Origin: a virus
Taxonomy: Duplodnaviria; Caudoviricetes
Strand: one strand, 5' to 3'
Length of the DNA stretch: 64,000 nucleotides
IMG/VR virus record: IMGVR_UViG_3300022752_000014
The notes beneath the pieces are model-generated. The model worked only from the letters and a program-made list of their open reading frames with translations, searched no databases and was not told the DNA's origin. Of the stretch, positions 48,704 to 59,897 are shown in pieces. The position numbers and the translations under genes are program-made. Every line of letters begins with the position of its first letter. The first letter of the stretch is position 1.

Positions 48704-51700
48704 ATGTCTCAGGCAACTAACCTCAATGTAGCTCCATATTTTGATGACTTTGATGCAAACAATGGATATCATAGAGTTCTTTTTAAACCAGGATATCCTG
48801 TACAGGCAAGAGAACTAACAACTTTACAATCGATATTACAAAACCAAATTGAAAAATTTGGTCAACATTTTTTTAAAGAAGGTGCAAAGGTAATTCCAGG
48901 AAATACTGGATATACTCAACTTTACTATGCAGTAGAGCTGCAAAATACATATCTTGGCGTACCTGTTTCTGCTTATGCAGATCAGTTGGTGGGGACAAAA
49001 ATAACAGGACAGACATCTGGGGTAACAGCAGTTGTAGATAAAGTTTTATCTTCTACTGACTCTGAAAGGGGCAACTTAACTCTTTATGTAAATTACATAT
49101 CATCAAATACTCAAAATAATTCTACACAGCAATTTTCTGACGGAGAATTGTTAACTTGTAATACACAAATTACATCTGGGTTATTGGGTAATTCATTAAT
49201 TACTGCCGGACAACCATTTGCATCAACAATTGCACAAAATGCAACTTCTATTGGATCTGCATTTTCAATCACAAATGGAGTTTATTTTGTTAGAGGTCAG
49301 TTTGTAAATGTAAATACTGAAACTTTGATTTTAGATCAATATTCCAACACACCAAACTATAGAGTTGGATTGTTTATTAATGAAGAGATTGTTACATCTT
49401 ATATGGACGAATCTCTAAATGACAATTCTCAAGGATTTAATAATTATTCTGCTCCTGGTGCGGATAGATTAAAAATTACAGTTTCATTATTTAAAAAATC
49501 CTTAACTGATTTTAATGATGGAAACTTTGTTGAACTGGCAACAATTAAAGATGGAGTAATTAGATCTCAGCAAAAAACAACAGAATATAGTCTTGTTACA
49601 GATGAACTAGCAAGAAGGACATATGCAGAATCTGGCGATTATTACGTAACTCCTTTTGATGTATCATTAAAAGAATCACTTAATGATAATGTAGGAAACA
49701 ATGGACTTTTCGATGCGGGACAGTTTACTTACAGTGGTTCAACTCCATCACAAAATTTAGCTGTTTATCAATTTTCTCCAGGAAAAGCGTTTGTTAGAGG
49801 ATATGAATGCGAAACTATAAGTCCTACATTTTTAGATTGTCCTAAACCAAGAACTACCAAAACTCTTGAAAATCAATCATTAAATTATAATACGGGACCA
49901 ACTCTAAAGTTAAATAGAGTTTATGGAGCTCCAAAAATTGGAATTGGCAATACATACGTATTAAGTCTTAGAAACTCTAGAGTTGGAACAAATCAAAGAA
50001 CTGCTCCCGGAAAAGAAATAGGGGTGGCTAGAGTTTATGACTTCAGACTAGAGTCTGGTTCATATGATACTGCAAATGCAAATCTAAATCAATGGAATAT
50101 TTCTCTATATGATGTACAAACTATTACAGAAATAACATTAAATGAAGCGATTACCTTATCTACACCTACTTTTATCAAAGGTAAAAATAGTGGTGCGACA
50201 GCATTTTTAAAAGATTCTGTCACTGCTGGAGTAGCACTTACTGTTTACGATAAAACTGGCGATTTTATCCTAAACGAATCATTTATTATTGATGGTATTG
50301 AAAACACTAGAGTGGCGACTGCGATTACTTCTTATGGTTTTTCCGATATTCAATCAGTTTATGGAATTGTTGGATCTGCCTCTACATTCTCTGCAGATAC
50401 AATTGAATCTGTAAAATTCAATGTGGGAATAGCAAGTATTACGCCTCTTTCCGCTGGTGTTAGTACAATCACAAGCCCAAATAAGTTATTTTCCGGAAGA
50501 TCCGTTAAAGTTGGAAACCTAATTCAATATAGTGACCCCGCTTTTACTGATCCTGTTTATGCAAGAGTTGTTAGCACTGGAAACACCTCAGTTTCTGTTG
50601 CCGGCGTAACAACAGTATCGGGAATTAATGAAGCTAAATTACCAACGGTTGCTCTCAATGTAACCGATCTCAAAATTTTAGGAACAAATTTAGAAACTTC
50701 AACAGACAATACACTATACACAAGACTTCCTAAAGTCAATATTTCAAATGTAGATTTAACAAATGCCGTTCTTGGAATTAGAACAGTCTTTACAGTAAAT
50801 ATATCCCAAAATCAATTAACTATTCCGGTAACTGCCGGTAATAATGAAACTTTCTTACCATTTGACGAAGAACGATATGCATTAATTACTTCAAATGGAC
50901 AAACTGAAGTTTTAACCTCAGATAGAGTGCAAATTGATTCTAGTGGAACTTCTCTCACAATCTATAATCTTTCTACCTCATCAGATACTGGGGCAACTTT
51001 AATTGCGACAACTAGAAAAATAAAACCAAAGGAAAAAATCAAGAGAAAAAATAGAGTCAATTATGTTATTGTAGATAAGTCAAAATATGAGCACTCTGGT
51101 TTAGGAGCAACTACTCTAAATGATGGACTTACTTACGGTAACTATCCATTTGGAACTAGAGTTCAGGATGAAATTATTTCTCTTAATGAGGCGGACATCA
51201 TTGAAGTTCATGGAATATTTGAATCCACAAATACTTCAACGGCATCAGCACCTACCGTTGTTCTTTCTTCAATTAGTGGCACAACGGCAACCACGTCAGA
51301 TTTGATTATTGGCGAAAAAGTAACAGGTCAAACTAGTGGTGCTGTTGCGATTGTTGCCGAAAAGATTAATGATACGCAGATATCATTTATTTACAAAAAT
51401 CAAAAAATCTTTAAAGAGGGAGAGACTTTAAAATTTGAAGAATCTCAAATTCAAGCAGTAGTTCAAACAATAAATTCTTCAAGTTTTGATATTTCTTCAA
51501 ACTTTACATTTACAAATGGTCAAGAAATAACATTTTATGATTATGGTTCAATAAGAAGAAAACCAGAATTTCAGGAACCGACTAAAAAATTAAAAATATA
51601 TTTTTCTAATGGATATTATGGGTCTAATGATGACGGAGATATAACTACAACTAATTCTTATAACACTTTTGACTATTCAAAAGAAATTCAATCAATAAAT

Positions 51701-54700
51701 GGAATTAGAAATACTGATATTATTGACATTCGTCCCAAAACTTCAACATATACTGTCAGTGTAGATGCAAGATCTCCATTAGAATTCTATGGCAGAACGT
51801 TTAATTCATCAGGAAACTCTGCTAAAAATATTCTAGCATCTGATGAATCAATTCTAACTACATTCTCATTCTATCTTGGAAGAATTGATAGAGTTTACCT
51901 TACTAAAGAAGGAAAATTCCAAGTCAAGTATGGAGTTCCTGCAGAAAAACCAGAGAAGCCAGTATCTGTCGATGATGCACTAGAAATCGCAACTATCAAT
52001 CTTCCAGCATATCTTTATAATGTTTCTCAAGCATCTATTCAATTCTTGGAGCACAAAAGATATAGAATGGTTGATATTAAACAACTTGAAAATAGAATTA
52101 AAAATCTTGAATATTATACCGCTTTATCTTTACTTGAAACAAATACTGCAAATCTATTCATTCCAGATAATGATGGACTGAATAGATTCAAGTCTGGATT
52201 TTTTGTTGATAATTTTACCTCACTATTAGCTCAAGAGGACTCTGTTCTTTATAAAAACAGTATTGATATCACCAATAAGCAATTAAGGCCAAGACATTAT
52301 ACAAACTCTGTTGATTTAATTTTTGGTCCTATAACTGGTGTTGATCCAACAGAAGATCTTGCATTTACTCCTATTGAAGGCGTTAATGTAAGAAAATCAA
52401 AAGATATTATCACATTAGACTATGCAGAAGTTGAATGGTTAAAGCAATCTTTTGCAACTAGATCAGAAAGCATTACTCCATTCTTAATTAGTTTTTGGCA
52501 GGGAACACTAGAACTAACTCCAGCATCTGATACCTGGGTTGATACTGTAAGACTTCAAGCAAAAACTATTCAGGCAGAAGGTAATTATGCAGAAACTTTA
52601 TCAAATGCAGTCAGAACTCTTAATGTAGATCCTCAAACAGGATTTGCCCCTGTTGTTTGGAATGCATGGCAGACCAATTGGACCGGTTCATCAGTTGTTA
52701 CTAGCACTTCAACAAGAACAGAATCTTCTTCTAGAACTTTTGGTGTTGGTGGTTGGATTAATGGTGGAACTGGTAGTGCTCAGTTGTTTGAAGCTCAAAC
52801 AACTTCAGTTATTCAAGAAACTGTCACGCAAGTAGTATCAACTGGAGTTCAGTCAAGAACTGGTACGAGAACGATCATAACTGAACAATTTGATAATACG
52901 TCTGTAGGTGACCGCGTTGTAAGTAGAAATCTCATCCCTTATATGAGATCAAGAAATATTCAATTTGTTTCCAAAAAACTCAAACCACTAACTCAAATTT
53001 ATGCATTCTTTGATGGCGTTAATGTAACAAAATACTGTGTTCCAAAACTATTAGAAATCTCCATGATCTCTGGAACATTTGCTGTTGGTGAAAAAGTTAT
53101 TGCAACAGTTCAAAATACAGGACTTAATCCAAGTCTAGGACAGGATTTGGCAAGAATTTCTTTTAGAGTTGCACAATCAAATCATAAAGAAGGTCCATAT
53201 AATGCAGCAACAACAACCTATCCAAATAATCCATACACGGGTCAAATTCTGCAATCAACATATTCATCTACTTCAAATATTTTAAATGTTGATACATTTT
53301 CACTTTCGAATCAACCTCAAGGAGAATATAGTGGATGGGTAGAGTCTGGTATGATACTGGTGGGTCAAACTAGTGGAGCTCAGGCAACTTTAACTAAAGT
53401 AAGACTTGTTTCTGATTTATCAGCAACACTAATCGGAAGTTTTTTCATTCCCAATCCAAATACAAATATTCATCCAAAATTTGAAGCTGGAACTAAAACA
53501 TTCACATTAGTAAATAGCAATTCTAATGACCAGAATGTTGCTACGACTATTGCTGAAGAAGGATTTATATCTAGTGGGACTCTTGAAACTGTCCAAGAAA
53601 ATATTATCTCAGTAAGAAACGCAAGAATTCAAAATAAACAAGAGTTTGAAGAGAGAGCAATTTCTAGTTCATCATCATCATCTTCTGCTAACGTTATCGG
53701 TCAAGCAACAACAACTAATCTTATTGGATGGTACGATCCTCTAGCACAATCTTTCTTGGTTGAGGATAATACTGGAGTATTTTTAACAAAATGCGATGTA
53801 TTCTTTAGATCGAAAGATGACATGGATATTCCAGTCACCTTCCAGTTGAGAACAATGCAGAATGGATTTCCAACGCAAAAAATTCTTCCATTCTCTGAAA
53901 TTACTTTAGATCCAGCAGATGTTCAAACATCCGCCGATGGTTCTGTTGCAACAACTTTTGATTTTGATGCTCCTGTTTATCTAGAGGGTGGCAAAGAATA
54001 TTGCATATGTCTTGCATCAAACTCCACAAAATATAGTGTTTATATTTCAAGAATTGGAGAAAATGATCTTTTAACTCAGACATTTATTTCTAATCAACCA
54101 TATCTTGGATCTCTATTCAAGTCACAAAATGCTTCCACTTGGGAGGCAAGTCAGTGGGAAGATCTTAAGTTTACTCTTTATAGAGCAGACTTTTTAACTT
54201 CAGGAACTGTAGAGTTTTACAACCCAGAACTCACTGAAGGCAACAAGCAAATTCCTACATTAATGCCAAATTCAATCAATCTAATTTCCAATAAGATTAG
54301 AGTTGGACTTGGATCGACTGTTGTAGATGCTGGATTAACCTTAGGTAATAAAGTTATTCAACAAGGAACTAATGCAACTGCGACTTATGTTGGATCTGCA
54401 GGAAGTGCCACTGGCAAACTAAATGTAATCAATTCTGGTATTGGATATACTCCATCTAGTGGGGGATTAACAATTAATAATATTAATCTAGTAACTATTA
54501 CTGGTAATGGTAAAAATGCAACAGCAAATGTCACAGTTTCTAATGGAGTTGCTATTGCAGCAACTGTTGTAAGCGGTGGTGTTGGTTATCAAGTTGGTGA
54601 TGTTGTTGGAATTAGTACATTTGGATCAATTTCTGTTGGGAAAAATGCAAGATTTTCTGTTGGACTTATTACTGCAACAAATCAATTAATACTTGATAAT

Positions 54701-56167
54701 GTTCAAGGAGAATTTGTAGTTGGATCTGCAAAAACTGTTCAATATATTAATAGTTCTGGTATAACCACAACTCTGAACGCAGCATCTGGTGGCGGAGTGT
54801 TTATCAATGCTATTGAAACTATAAGCGATGGTTTACATTTTAAAGTTAATCATCAAAACCACGGAATGTATTCTAATCAAAATTATGTGACTCTTTCTAA
54901 TATACAATCTGATATAAATCCAACGAAACTCAGTATTGCATATAATTCAAATTCAACTGGATCTATCAGTGTTGATAGTGCTACTAACTTCTCATCTTTT
55001 GAAAATGTTGGTGTTGGAACCACAAATCCAGGATATCTTTTAATAGGCGATGAAGTTATTGAATATACATCAGTTTCTGGTAATCTTATTGGAGGAAATA
55101 TTTCTAGAGGGGCATCACCGAAGAATTATCCAGCAGGAACTCCCGTTTATAAGTATGAACTCGGCGGCGTTTCTTTAAAGAGAATTAACAAAACACACTA
55201 TCTTGGAGATGTAACAATTTCTAATCCAATTACTTTTGATTCATATCACGTAAAACTTGATATGGGATTAAGTGGAATTGGCAGAACTTCCGACGTAGGT
55301 TATCCAAAACTGTTCATCAATCAAACCAAATCTGCTGGTGGATATAACATTAAGGCAACTCAAAATATGCCTTATGAAATTATTACGCCAATTGTACAAA
55401 ACTTAACTGTAAGAGGAACTTCTTTAAGTGCATCTTTAAGAACAGTTACTGGTTCAAGTATTAGTGGAAATGAAATTCCATTCATTGATAATGGATTTGA
55501 AAATATAACCGTTAATAGTCCAAATTACTTAGATAGTACAAGGATTATTTGTTCTAAAATCAATGAAAACGCAAGGTTGACATCTTTGCCTGGTAACAAA
55601 TCAATGAATCTAAGACTGCAATTGGATACAGCAGATTCCAAACTGACACCTGTCATTGATACTCAAAGAGTCAGCACAATATTAACTTCAAATAGAGTTA
55701 ATAGCGTAATCTCAAATTATGCAACTGATTCTAGAGTTAATACCATTGATCAAGATCCATCTGCTTTCCAATATATTTCCAAAGAAATTAATTTGGAAAA
55801 TGGTGCAAGTTCAATCAAAGTTCTATTAAATGCCCATATTAATCAATATTGTGATATCAGAGCACTCTATGCAATCAGCGAAAAACCAAACTTCAATCCA
55901 GTTTTTGTTCCTTTCCCTGGTTACACTAATCTGAATACTAGAAATGAAGTTATAAGTTTTGAAAATAGCGATGGACGCTCAGATGTATTTGTAACCCCTA
56001 CACAATCTCTGGGATTCGAATCCTCTGATATTGAATTTAAAGAATATTCGTTCACTATTGATAAACTTCCTTCCTTTAAGTCATACAGAATCAAGCTTGT
56101 CCTGACTTCAACAAATCAAGTTTATGTGCCAAGAATTAAAGATTTGAGAGTTATTGCTTTAGCGTGA
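48704..56167 (+). CDS. large virion structural protein (VrlC / DUF4815-like)
   Basis: PYFDDFD...RVLFKPGYPVQARELTTLQSILQNQ; RFKSGFFVDNF; DPLAQSF. Confidence 0.88.
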   Translation: MSQATNLNVAPYFDDFDANNGYHRVLFKPGYPVQARELTTLQSILQNQIEKFGQHFFKEGAKVIPGNTGYTQLYYAVELQNTYLGVPVSAYADQLVGTKITGQTSGVTAVVDKVLSSTDSERGNLTLYVNYISSNTQNNSTQQFSDGELLTCNTQITSGLLGNSLITAGQPFASTIAQNATSIGSAFSITNGVYFVRGQFVNVNTETLILDQYSNTPNYRVGLFINEEIVTSYMDESLNDNSQGFNNYSAPGADRLKITVSLFKKSLTDFNDGNFVELATIKDGVIRSQQKTTEYSLVTDELARRTYAESGDYYVTPFDVSLKESLNDNVGNNGLFDAGQFTYSGSTPSQNLAVYQFSPGKAFVRGYECETISPTFLDCPKPRTTKTLENQSLNYNTGPTLKLNRVYGAPKIGIGNTYVLSLRNSRVGTNQRTAPGKEIGVARVYDFRLESGSYDTANANLNQWNISLYDVQTITEITLNEAITLSTPTFIKGKNSGATAFLKDSVTAGVALTVYDKTGDFILNESFIIDGIENTRVATAITSYGFSDIQSVYGIVGSASTFSADTIESVKFNVGIASITPLSAGVSTITSPNKLFSGRSVKVGNLIQYSDPAFTDPVYARVVSTGNTSVSVAGVTTVSGINEAKLPTVALNVTDLKILGTNLETSTDNTLYTRLPKVNISNVDLTNAVLGIRTVFTVNISQNQLTIPVTAGNNETFLPFDEERYALITSNGQTEVLTSDRVQIDSSGTSLTIYNLSTSSDTGATLIATTRKIKPKEKIKRKNRVNYVIVDKSKYEHSGLGATTLNDGLTYGNYPFGTRVQDEIISLNEADIIEVHGIFESTNTSTASAPTVVLSSISGTTATTSDLIIGEKVTGQTSGAVAIVAEKINDTQISFIYKNQKIFKEGETLKFEESQIQAVVQTINSSSFDISSNFTFTNGQEITFYDYGSIRRKPEFQEPTKKLKIYFSNGYYGSNDDGDITTTNSYNTFDYSKEIQSINGIRNTDIIDIRPKTSTYTVSVDARSPLEFYGRTFNSSGNSAKNILASDESILTTFSFYLGRIDRVYLTKEGKFQVKYGVPAEKPEKPVSVDDALEIATINLPAYLYNVSQASIQFLEHKRYRMVDIKQLENRIKNLEYYTALSLLETNTANLFIPDNDGLNRFKSGFFVDNFTSLLAQEDSVLYKNSIDITNKQLRPRHYTNSVDLIFGPITGVDPTEDLAFTPIEGVNVRKSKDIITLDYAEVEWLKQSFATRSESITPFLISFWQGTLELTPASDTWVDTVRLQAKTIQAEGNYAETLSNAVRTLNVDPQTGFAPVVWNAWQTNWTGSSVVTSTSTRTESSSRTFGVGGWINGGTGSAQLFEAQTTSVIQETVTQVVSTGVQSRTGTRTIITEQFDNTSVGDRVVSRNLIPYMRSRNIQFVSKKLKPLTQIYAFFDGVNVTKYCVPKLLEISMISGTFAVGEKVIATVQNTGLNPSLGQDLARISFRVAQSNHKEGPYNAATTTYPNNPYTGQILQSTYSSTSNILNVDTFSLSNQPQGEYSGWVESGMILVGQTSGAQATLTKVRLVSDLSATLIGSFFIPNPNTNIHPKFEAGTKTFTLVNSNSNDQNVATTIAEEGFISSGTLETVQENIISVRNARIQNKQEFEERAISSSSSSSSANVIGQATTTNLIGWYDPLAQSFLVEDNTGVFLTKCDVFFRSKDDMDIPVTFQLRTMQNGFPTQKILPFSEITLDPADVQTSADGSVATTFDFDAPVYLEGGKEYCICLASNSTKYSVYISRIGENDLLTQTFISNQPYLGSLFKSQNASTWEASQWEDLKFTLYRADFLTSGTVEFYNPELTEGNKQIPTLMPNSINLISNKIRVGLGSTVVDAGLTLGNKVIQQGTNATATYVGSAGSATGKLNVINSGIGYTPSSGGLTINNINLVTITGNGKNATANVTVSNGVAIAATVVSGGVGYQVGDVVGISTFGSISVGKNARFSVGLITATNQLILDNVQGEFVVGSAKTVQYINSSGITTTLNAASGGGVFINAIETISDGLHFKVNHQNHGMYSNQNYVTLSNIQSDINPTKLSIAYNSNSTGSISVDSATNFSSFENVGVGTTNPGYLLIGDEVIEYTSVSGNLIGGNISRGASPKNYPAGTPVYKYELGGVSLKRINKTHYLGDVTISNPITFDSYHVKLDMGLSGIGRTSDVGYPKLFINQTKSAGGYNIKATQNMPYEIITPIVQNLTVRGTSLSASLRTVTGSSISGNEIPFIDNGFENITVNSPNYLDSTRIICSKINENARLTSLPGNKSMNLRLQLDTADSKLTPVIDTQRVSTILTSNRVNSVISNYATDSRVNTIDQDPSAFQYISKEINLENGASSIKVLLNAHINQYCDIRALYAISEKPNFNPVFVPFPGYTNLNTRNEVISFENSDGRSDVFVTPTQSLGFESSDIEFKEYSFTIDKLPSFKSYRIKLVLTSTNQVYVPRIKDLRVIALA

Positions 56168-56168
56168 T

Positions 56169-56396
56169 ATGAATTATTTGAAAGTTGAGGGATATACTCA
56201 TTTAATGCGAGATGAAAAAACCAATTCTATTGTTAATACCAATATGTCTGAATATCAAGAGTATATCTCAAGAAGAAATTCTAAAAATGAAGAGAATCAA
56301 AAAGTACAGAATATAGAAGAAGAACTTGCTAGTATGAAAAATGATATTGATGAAATTAAAATGTTACTTAGGAGTTTAGTAAATGAATCCAAATGA
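56169..56396 (+). CDS. small coiled-coil protein
   Basis: KVEGYTHLMRDEKTNSIVN plus heptad tail. Confidence 0.75.
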   Translation: MNYLKVEGYTHLMRDEKTNSIVNTNMSEYQEYISRRNSKNEENQKVQNIEEELASMKNDIDEIKMLLRSLVNESK

Positions 56397-56562
56397 AATT
56401 GAATTAGAAGATCTGTCAAAAAGTTTCGAATATATGAAAGCCTGTCTTGAAATTGATTCGATAGAGGATATTGAACAAATTAAAACCATTGCGAAGGCAT
56501 ATATGAAACTATATCTCAAGCAGCAAGAGGTTTTGAAAGATCTCATAAAAATCAATCCATAA
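56383..56562 (+). CDS. small helical protein, possibly NblA-like fold
   Basis: Read by hand: MNPNEIELEDLSKSFEYMKACLEIDSIEDIEQIKTIAKAYMKLYLKQQEVL. Confidence 0.6.
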   Translation: MNPNEIELEDLSKSFEYMKACLEIDSIEDIEQIKTIAKAYMKLYLKQQEVLKDLIKINP

Positions 56563-56583
56563 ATATTTAAAAAGTAGAAAATA

Positions 56584-57429
56584 ATGGCGCAACCATCTAC
56601 TAGACAAGAATTAATCGATTACTGCAAAAGAAAACTGGGAGCGCCAGTTTTGGAAATCAACGTTGCGGACGAACAAATCGACGATTTAGTCGATGATGCG
56701 GTGCAATTTTTTCAGGAAAGACATTTTGATGGTGTATATCCTGCTTTTTATAAGTATCAGTTAACTCAAGCAGATATTGATAGAGGAAGATCCAGAGGGA
56801 ATAACACTTCAGTAGGTATAGCAACTACTTCTGCAACTGCAAATATTGTAGGAACAGCAACAACTTTTACATACGAAGAAAATAGTAATTATCTTCAGGT
56901 TCCCCCAAATGTAATTGGAGTTAATAAACTATTTTTATTTGATGGCGCTAATACCATTACTCATAATATGTTCAGTGTTAAATACCAATTATTCTTGAAT
57001 GATATTTACTACTGGGGTGCTACAGAACTCTTAAGTTATGCAATGGTAAAAACATATTTGGAAGATTTAGATTTCTTATTAACAACGCAAAAGCAAATTC
57101 GTTTTAATAAAAGGCAAGATAGACTTTATTTGGATATTGATTGGGGTTCAGTAAATGTAGGACAATATATTATTATTGATTGCTATGCGACCTTAAATCC
57201 AAATGATTATCCAAGAGTATGGAATGATTCTTTTCTAAAACCATATCTCACTTCATTGATAAAGCGTCAATGGGGTCAAAATATGATGAAATTTACTGGT
57301 GTTAAATTACCAGGTGGAGTTGAATTAAATGGTAGGCAAATGTACGATGATGCTCAAAGAGAAATTGACATCTTAATGGAGAAGATGTCAAATACTTATG
57401 AACTTCCACCTTATGATATGATTGGTTAA
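56584..57429 (+). CDS. gp13: neck protein gp13
   Basis: LIDYCKRKLGAPVLEINVADEQIDD...KRQWGQNMMKFTGVKLPGGVELNG; ATAAATA 56559-56565. Confidence 0.95.
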   Translation: MAQPSTRQELIDYCKRKLGAPVLEINVADEQIDDLVDDAVQFFQERHFDGVYPAFYKYQLTQADIDRGRSRGNNTSVGIATTSATANIVGTATTFTYEENSNYLQVPPNVIGVNKLFLFDGANTITHNMFSVKYQLFLNDIYYWGATELLSYAMVKTYLEDLDFLLTTQKQIRFNKRQDRLYLDIDWGSVNVGQYIIIDCYATLNPNDYPRVWNDSFLKPYLTSLIKRQWGQNMMKFTGVKLPGGVELNGRQMYDDAQREIDILMEKMSNTYELPPYDMIG

Positions 57430-57433
57430 TCGT

Positions 57434-58849
57434 ATGTTGAATCCATTTTTTTTACAAGGATCTGCTGGAGAGCAAGGTTTAATCCAAGATCTTATCAATG
57501 AACAACTCCGTATGTATGGAATTGATATATTTTATCTTCCAAGAAAATATCTTACAGAAAAAACCGTTATAAAAGAAGTTATCGAATCTGTATTTAATGA
57601 GTCATATCCCATAGAAGCTTACATAGAAAACTATGAGGGATATGGAGATAATACTGTTATGTTATCAAAATTTGGAATACAGGCATTAAATGAATTAACA
57701 ATAACTGTCTCCAAAGAAAGATTTGAAAATTATATAGTTCCTCTTATAAAAGAAAAACCGAATATTAAATTAGGAACTCGACCAAGAGAAGGTGATTTAG
57801 TTTATTTCCCTCTTGGTGATAGATTATTTGAAGTAAAATTTGTAGAGCACGAACAACCATTTTATCAACTACAAAAAACTTATGTTTACACTTTAAAATG
57901 TGAACTCTTTAGATATGAAGATGAAGTTATTGATACTGGCATTAGTGAGATTGATGATAATATGTCAGAAGGAGATGTTACTGAATATGGTCCTAGTGGC
58001 GGTATATCTATTACACAAACACTTACTATGGTTGGTCTGGGATCAACGGCAACTGCAACAACAACTTTAGTAAACGGAGGTATACGATTTATAACAGTAA
58101 CCAATCGCGGAGGAGGATATTCTACAATTCCAAAGGTAGGAATATCCTCTGCCCCAAGCACTGGTTTAACAGGAATTGCAACAGCAATTATGATTGAAGG
58201 AATTGTTGTATGTAATGATAACATCAATCCAAAAAATAAATCAGTTCAAAGTGTTCAATTAAAAAATCCTGGATTTGGTTATACCGTTGCTCCTAAAATT
58301 AAGTTTATTGGTGGAGGAGGTTCTGGAGCTGCTGCAACGTCTACTATAGGAACAGGATTAATCGGTCCAATTACACTAACAAATGTAGGATCAGGATACA
58401 CTACAGCACCATCTATAACTTTTTCTGGCGTTTCTACCGTATCTGCATCCGCAACAGCTGTAGTTAATCAAGACGGAACAATTGCAGAAGTGAGAATTAT
58501 TAATTCTGGTTTAGGATACACTCAAGCACCTACAATAACAATATCTTCTCCATCTTTTGTTGGAATTGGAACTTATGAATATAATGAAGTTGTTACCGGA
58601 AGCACTAGCAATACAACTGCAAGAGTTAGGTCTTGGAATTCAATTACAAATTCTCTTGAAGTTTCAAATGTGTCAGGATCATTTGTAAGAGGAGAAAATA
58701 TTGTTGGATCTGCTTCTTCAGCATCATATGTTCTCCTGGGAGTTGATGTCAATAATCCCCAAAATGCTTATGCTGATAACTCAGATATAGAAACTGAGGC
58801 AGACAATATTATTGATTTTACAGAATCAAATCCTTTTGGAATGCCATAA
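57434..58849 (+). CDS. gp14: neck protein gp14 with an internal repeat insertion
   Basis: LINEQLRMYGIDIFYLPR...PREGDLVYFP...YTLKCELFRY...DFTESNPFG. Confidence 0.92.
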   Translation: MLNPFFLQGSAGEQGLIQDLINEQLRMYGIDIFYLPRKYLTEKTVIKEVIESVFNESYPIEAYIENYEGYGDNTVMLSKFGIQALNELTITVSKERFENYIVPLIKEKPNIKLGTRPREGDLVYFPLGDRLFEVKFVEHEQPFYQLQKTYVYTLKCELFRYEDEVIDTGISEIDDNMSEGDVTEYGPSGGISITQTLTMVGLGSTATATTTLVNGGIRFITVTNRGGGYSTIPKVGISSAPSTGLTGIATAIMIEGIVVCNDNINPKNKSVQSVQLKNPGFGYTVAPKIKFIGGGGSGAAATSTIGTGLIGPITLTNVGSGYTTAPSITFSGVSTVSASATAVVNQDGTIAEVRIINSGLGYTQAPTITISSPSFVGIGTYEYNEVVTGSTSNTTARVRSWNSITNSLEVSNVSGSFVRGENIVGSASSASYVLLGVDVNNPQNAYADNSDIETEADNIIDFTESNPFGMP

Positions 58850-58895
58850 ATACAATTTACTATTTGATTAAATAGTATCATCAGGAAGTAATCAA

Positions 58896-59897
58896 ATGTT
58901 TGAATATTTTTATAACGAAATTTTAAGAAAAACTGTTATAGCATTTGGATCTTTGTTTAATGATATTAGCATTAAACACACAGATAATTCAAATCAAATC
59001 ATTGATGTTATTAAGGTGCCTTTGGCTTATGGACCAACGCAGAAATTTTTAGCAAGACTTGAGCAATCTCCAGATCTTAATAAACCAGTTCAAATCACAC
59101 TACCAAGAATGTCATTTGAATTTACTGGGTTGACTTATGATGCATCTAGAAAAGTAACAACAACTCAAACATTTACCGCAGGAACAGCAGAGGATGGTAC
59201 GGTAATTAAAAAAACATATATGCCTGTTCCTTATAATATGCAATTTGAACTATCTATTATGTCTAAGTTAAATGATGATGCATTGCAAATCGTGGAGCAA
59301 ATTTTACCATATTTTCAACCATCTTATACTCTAACAGTAGAACTTATTGATGCTATTAATGAGAAAAGAGATATTCCCGTTGTCTTGGAAAATGTAACTT
59401 TTCAAGATGATTATGAAGGCAACTTTACTACAAGAAGAGTTTTAATTTATACATTAAGATTTACTGCAAAAACTTATCTGTTTGGTCCATCCAAAACAGC
59501 AACGAAAGATATTGTCAAAAAGACCACTATCAGTTATATCACTGGCGATACAACTTCTGCACCAAAACGCGAAGTTGTCTATACGTCGGAACCAAGAGCA
59601 ATCAAAAATTATACAGGTATAGTTTTAACTAATCTTGCTAAGGATATTACAACTGAAGATATTCTTATTGAAGTTAATAATGCATCCTCAATTTCCACTA
59701 ACACATATTTGGATATTGAAGGAGAAGAGGTATATGTAAGACTTAAGACTGGAAATGTTCTTACTGTTGATAGGGGTAGAGATGGCACAACTGTTACTTC
59801 GCATCTGACTGGTGCTGCAGTCAAGTCCATTACAACTGCAGATAATGCCCTTATTGAAGAAGGAGATGACTTTGGATTTAGTGGTTCGACATCATGA
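58896..59897 (+). CDS. gp15: tail sheath stabiliser / terminator gp15
   Basis: KVPLAYGPTQKFLARL...ITLPRMSFE...QIVEQILPYFQP. Confidence 0.95.
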   Translation: MFEYFYNEILRKTVIAFGSLFNDISIKHTDNSNQIIDVIKVPLAYGPTQKFLARLEQSPDLNKPVQITLPRMSFEFTGLTYDASRKVTTTQTFTAGTAEDGTVIKKTYMPVPYNMQFELSIMSKLNDDALQIVEQILPYFQPSYTLTVELIDAINEKRDIPVVLENVTFQDDYEGNFTTRRVLIYTLRFTAKTYLFGPSKTATKDIVKKTTISYITGDTTSAPKREVVYTSEPRAIKNYTGIVLTNLAKDITTEDILIEVNNASSISTNTYLDIEGEEVYVRLKTGNVLTVDRGRDGTTVTSHLTGAAVKSITTADNALIEEGDDFGFSGSTS

